This document shows, in pieces, positions 59,626-64,000 of a stretch of 64,000 nucleotides of DNA (positions within the stretch are counted from its first letter, which is position 1; every line of letters begins with the position of its first letter). The stretch is taken from assembly GCF_057098645.1 (NCBI RefSeq), contig NZ_CM169472.1; one strand, given 5' to 3'. The translations under genes were made by a program, and so were the position numbers. The notes below the pieces were generated by a model. The model ran no database searches. It was given only the letters and a program-made list of their open reading frames with translations, and had not been told where the DNA came from.

Positions 59626-61012
59626 TGGTTGCCTCTGGCGCAGTTTGCGGTGATGCCGTTCCCGGGAATGGATTGCCAGTGCGGGGACTGTGGAGCTTAA
59701 TTCCGGTGTTGGTGGCCTTTCCGTTGATTTTGAGCCAACAGCCCTCCTGTGACTGACAGGCTGCCTCGTCATTCCATACGTATCTTCAGGTGAACAGATG
59801 CATGTCTGAGCGTACTCACGCAGCCGGCCCGGCAACCGCGGTGGTACTACGCTGGCTGCGAGAAAATACAGAAAGCACCAGAATACGCTCTCCTGTTGCT
59901 GATCAATCAGGATCTCATGCACCTACCGGGATCTAGGGCTAGAACTGATGAAACCGATTCGCACCTGGCTGAGTTAATGCTACAGGCCAGGGCATCACTA
60001 CCCCCTGACGAGCACTGTACTGTGGTATGCAGTTACAGGGGGCGTGTGCAGCCACACCTGAAAGCAGTGAGTCGTTCACGGCATTCAAAAACACGTGCCT
60101 TTCGTTCGCCGTTCCTGTGATGGCCGGCATCATTTGCTAAGCCGTTACCGACGTTATTCCCTCCGGGACACGCCTCTGGTTGAGGCTTTGCCCGGAGCAA
60201 TCGAATGAAAATAAGTTAAGTCACCGAAAGGGAGGATGTAGTCAACCGGGGGAACAGTAATAAGCCGTCGTGCTTTTATCGTACAAGTGTGTTGCGTTTT
60301 GCACCGAAAATACGATAGAGGTCGTTTATGGATTCCGCAGGGAGTGCTGATTATTATTCACTGGCAGCAGACAGCGATGTGTGTGCAGGCATTCAGGGGG
60401 ATGTTGTCAGCAGAAGGGTGCGTATAGCAGATTGTTGTTATACATGGCGTATGAAGTATTACCAGTCATGCGGAGTAGTGTGGTGAGGGGCTGTATGAGA
60501 AATCGCCACCTTCTTGTCAGAGAGGGAACGCTACCATGAAAGTCAAAAGCGATAACGCAGACCGGTACGATCGGTAGGTAAAACTGTAGCGGTGTGCTGC
60601 CGCCGAGGTCAGAATAATCTGCGCGTTTTTACGCCAGCGCCACCGACGAACAGCAGGAGATTGAGGGGAATTTGGCGGCGATAAAGACGTAGAAGAGAAA
60701 AACGGGCAATTTGCCGCATGCCCACAGAATCAGTGAGATCGTTAGCGACAGCAAAATGATCGGCAGCCAGCGGCGGCCTGCAATATCGGGATGAAGGAGA
60801 TCCTACGATATCGATGCTGCACCTGATATGTACGATCAGTAAATAGAGTACGAAACAGCAAACACGACGATAATAACGCTGGCAGCGGTGCCTGTCAGGC
60901 AAACGCCCACACGCAATAAAATAAATCAACCATCGCAGGGCCGTGATCATCCGCATACACCGCTGATGACGCGTCTAAAAACGCGTCAATATGACTTCCC
61001 CGGAACATTACC

Positions 61013-62254
61013 TCATTTCAGGGTATGGAGAATTTTTAACATCGAGTTATCTATGGTCTGTTTGACTTTTTCGTAATAGATCGGTTCAGATAATGACGAA
61101 TCCCAGGTATGAATATCGTTCTTATTAAAAGGAATGCATTTCATGGCTACTGCCTTTAACTGTTTCCCTTTTTGCTCATACTCATTGATATCATTAATGG
61201 TAAATTTCAAACTCTCTTTTCTTGCTTCTGTTATTTCAGTTGGGCATACCAGCTTTATATCTCCTAAGGTAAATGTACTGACCCCGGTGATGAAAAATCT
61301 CTCGGGGATTTCTGTATAGTGCCGAGTATTCCAGATTAAGCCATTAAACATACTATGAGAATGAGTTTTATTTTCGATATAATACTGATGCGTTCTCCAG
61401 TCACTAATGCCTGAGAGACTCATTACCATATTAATGATCATATTTGGGATAGGGCGATACCACATACTGAATACAGTAATTACAACTGGTATGCATATTA
61501 AAACAACTATGAATCCAGTGAATTTATCACCATTTCTGCGCTCATTAAGATGTATGGCACCAGGCAGAATGCCAATAGTAACAATAGCTGCTGTTAAGGC
61601 AAGGAGCATTAGCATTTCAACCAAATCACTTGTCTCCTCACTAAAATCAAGTTGGGTAAGCAGAAATAACATAGGTAATATTTGAACGATCCCGGGAGTC
61701 ATAAATTGCAAGGGTAAAAAACATAACAATCCTGGTTTTCTTGGTAATTTCTCATAGTTATCAGATTTATGCCAACTAAATCTCTTTGTTTTAAATAGAT
61801 TAAAATAGGATACAAAATAACTAAAAGCAAGCATCAATACAAAACCGGTGATACTTATGGAATAACCATTCCATCCATAAAGATAGTAAATATAGTAGCC
61901 AACAATTATACTACAGCATATAAACAAGCTATTTAGATAACAAACAGTGGAAATTCGATGTGGTATGCTTGGATAATTTTTGAAATTATCTTCATGTAAT
62001 GTGTAAATGAGGATTAGAATAAAAGAGGAAATGAAAATTACTAAGCTAAACCCAGAAAACGATACTATTATAAAAACAAAAATGATACCTATGGCTGAAC
62101 TGAGGCTTACAGTATCAAAGAAAATATCTAATCTATCTATGTTTGACAGATAGAACCATATAACAGCCATTGTGCATCCAGTAATAAATGTAGATGAGGT
62201 TATTACTGAAATAATGAATTTTTTATTCAACAGCTTTATGACAGATTTATTCAT
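61013..62254 (-). CDS. AT-rich polytopic membrane protein with C-terminal soluble domain (unknown function)
   Basis: 413 aa; multiple predicted transmembrane helices in the N-terminal roughly 270 aa, hydrophilic C-terminus; codon usage and base composition visibly AT-rich compared with flanking DNA. Confidence 0.6.
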   Translation of the reverse strand: MNKSVIKLLNKKFIISVITSSTFITGCTMAVIWFYLSNIDRLDIFFDTVSLSSAIGIIFVFIIVSFSGFSLVIFISSFILILIYTLHEDNFKNYPSIPHRISTVCYLNSLFICCSIIVGYYIYYLYGWNGYSISITGFVLMLAFSYFVSYFNLFKTKRFSWHKSDNYEKLPRKPGLLCFLPLQFMTPGIVQILPMLFLLTQLDFSEETSDLVEMLMLLALTAAIVTIGILPGAIHLNERRNGDKFTGFIVVLICIPVVITVFSMWYRPIPNMIINMVMSLSGISDWRTHQYYIENKTHSHSMFNGLIWNTRHYTEIPERFFITGVSTFTLGDIKLVCPTEITEARKESLKFTINDINEYEQKGKQLKAVAMKCIPFNKNDIHTWDSSLSEPIYYEKVKQTIDNSMLKILHTLK

Positions 62255-62884
62255 AATCCGAATTCCATACCTGATAAAATTCGTATTGTAGTGAGGACCG
62301 ATTTTTTGAGCAACTTATAACCATCGCTTAAAGCTACTTGCTACCATACATGCCGTTATCCCGAACCATAAAGCGCTTGGCAGTAACACCAACATCACAG
62401 ACAGATACTGCGGTTGCGCCAAATAAAAGAATGGCGGATAAGGTCGGCGGATTGCAACGTGATGCTGTGCTGTAGGATGACTTCTGCGGTCTCGTCCAGC
62501 GCCAGCCACTCCTGGCGGATTTTGTGTGGGGGCATGGTGTGTTCCTTTTTGTGTTGTTGGTTGCGTATAGTGCTTGTTGATGATGAAAACCGGTGTGAGA
62601 TATTTTTGCCAAAACAACTAACACTGATCAGTGTAGGTAACGAGCTTTTCAGACATAATATGGTGATGATTTACACTGGAAAAACAGGACGTAACACTGA
62701 ATAGCTCTGGAGACGATTTGCTTGAAGTGGCGTGCTATTTGTTGAAAGAAGAATTTCTGATGATACCTTATTTTAAAGGAGGCTAAAGGGAGAGGAGAGA
62801 GCCCTGTTGAAATCAACAGGACTTAATAGCTCCTCTCCGAAGGGCAAGGAGATCACCCGTGCGCCTGGTTAGGTGAAGAAGTAC

Positions 62885-64000
62885 TCAGCGTGGTTGCAGA
62901 CAGTTATCTTCTTTCCAGCCGTACAGCCACTCCATGCCGCGATAAAACTCTGCCTGCGATTTCCCTTTCCACAGCAGGTTACGAACCTGGCGTTCTACTC
63001 CCGCGGCGTGATAAACCCGTCCCATCTCACGGGTCGACCAGACAATACGCGCGGTGCGCGGAATACGTACCGACTCATACAGCGCAAAGGCTTGCGCCGC
63101 ATCACCCTCACACTGCGCCAGCGCCTTACCCAGCGTTACCGCGTCTTCCAGCGCCATACAGGCACCTTGCGCCATATATTGCGCCACTGGATGGGCTGCA
63201 TCGCCCACCAGCGTAATGCGGTTAGTGCCCCATTTCGCGACTGGTTCACGGTCGGCAGTTGACCAGCGTCGCCATGAAGTCGGTTTATCCAGCATCTGGC
63301 GCGGACGCGGGTGAATCCCCTCAAAGTAAGAGAGCACTTCCTCTTTACTGCCATCCTTCACGCCCCACTCTTCCTGCTGGCGGCTGTGGAATGTCACCAC
63401 CAGGTTATACTGCGTGCCGCCGCGCAAAGGGTAATGCACCAGGTGACAGTGCGGCCCCGCCCACAGTACCGGTGCGTTAATGCGCAAATCTTCCGGCATA
63501 TCGGCACAATCGATAACCGCACGGTAGACAACATGTCCGGTGACACGCGGCGCATCGCCCAATAAGCTCTGGCGCACCACTGACTTCACGCCGTCACAGC
63601 CAATCAGAATATCGCCGGTCCAGCTATTGCCGCGATCGTCAAACACGGTGACATCGTCTTCCGTCTCGCGAATATCCACGACGTTGGTGGAGGTGTGATA
63701 TTCCACGTCCGGATGCGTCAGTACCGCTTCCCACACCGAGGCGTGAATATCAACCCGGTGGATCACCGCGTAAGGACCGCCGAAATGGTCACGAAAGGCC
63801 TGCCCGGTTTCAATGCGCACCACTTCTTCGGCGTTCACCGCATCCATCATGGTAATGTGATCGGTAAACACCGCGCGCTGGCGGGCAACTTCGCCGACGC
63901 CGAGGCTGTCCAGCGCCGAAAACGCATTTGGCCCCAACTGGATGCCCGCGCCAATCTCACCGATCTCATGCGCCTTTTCCAGCAGCACCACTTTGATCCC
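62885..64000 (-). CDS. FAD-dependent aromatic-ring monooxygenase (salicylate/3-hydroxybenzoate hydroxylase-like), N-terminus beyond window end
   Basis: ORF runs to the window edge; ...VLLEKAHEIGEIGAGIQLGPNAFSALDSLGV... and C-terminal GDAAHPVAQYMAQGACMALEDA motifs typical of group A flavin monooxygenases. Confidence 0.7.
   Translation of the reverse strand, partial: GIKVVLLEKAHEIGEIGAGIQLGPNAFSALDSLGVGEVARQRAVFTDHITMMDAVNAEEVVRIETGQAFRDHFGGPYAVIHRVDIHASVWEAVLTHPDVEYHTSTNVVDIRETEDDVTVFDDRGNSWTGDILIGCDGVKSVVRQSLLGDAPRVTGHVVYRAVIDCADMPEDLRINAPVLWAGPHCHLVHYPLRGGTQYNLVVTFHSRQQEEWGVKDGSKEEVLSYFEGIHPRPRQMLDKPTSWRRWSTADREPVAKWGTNRITLVGDAAHPVAQYMAQGACMALEDAVTLGKALAQCEGDAAQAFALYESVRIPRTARIVWSTREMGRVYHAAGVERQVRNLLWKGKSQAEFYRGMEWLYGWKEDNCLQPR

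Overview
This window looks like an Escherichia coli-type chromosome: about 38 kb of conserved core (yggF-yggP-cmtAB, tktA, loiP, speB, speA, metK, galP, sprT, endA, rsmE, gshB, yqgE, ruvX, yggR-yggS-yggT-yggU-rdgB-hemW, yggM, ansB, yggN, yggL-trmB, mutY, yggX, mltC, nupG, speC, yqgA) ending at a tRNA-Phe gene (pheV-type), followed by a mosaic genomic island. The island starts with a P4-type integrase next to the tRNA, then an IS1 copy whose insB carries an in-frame stop, the complete ferric-citrate system fecIRABCDE with its Fur box, an IS629/IS1203-like IS3-family element that truncates genes on both sides, P4-satellite-like genes (DUF3987/YfjI-like remnant, AlpA-like regulator, YagK/YfjJ-like protein), an IS21-family element (istAB), and a cluster of uncharacterised genes: a zinc-ribbon membrane peptide, two tandem paralogous Cys-rich proteins, and an AT-rich polytopic membrane protein. 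The last of these is the best candidate here for an undescribed, possibly anti-phage, module. The core part also carries accessory insertions relative to the K-12 layout as I remember it: a second, roughly 3% divergent IS629-like copy with a 3-bp CAC target duplication between cmtB and tktA, sitting directly in front of an SPFH/band-7 gene, and a lipoprotein gene between speB and speA. Several REP/BIME palindromic clusters and a number of intrinsic terminators are visible. No CRISPR array and no rRNA were seen. All calls rest on reading the supplied ORF translations and the raw sequence; no database searches were run, and all family assignments are from memory.
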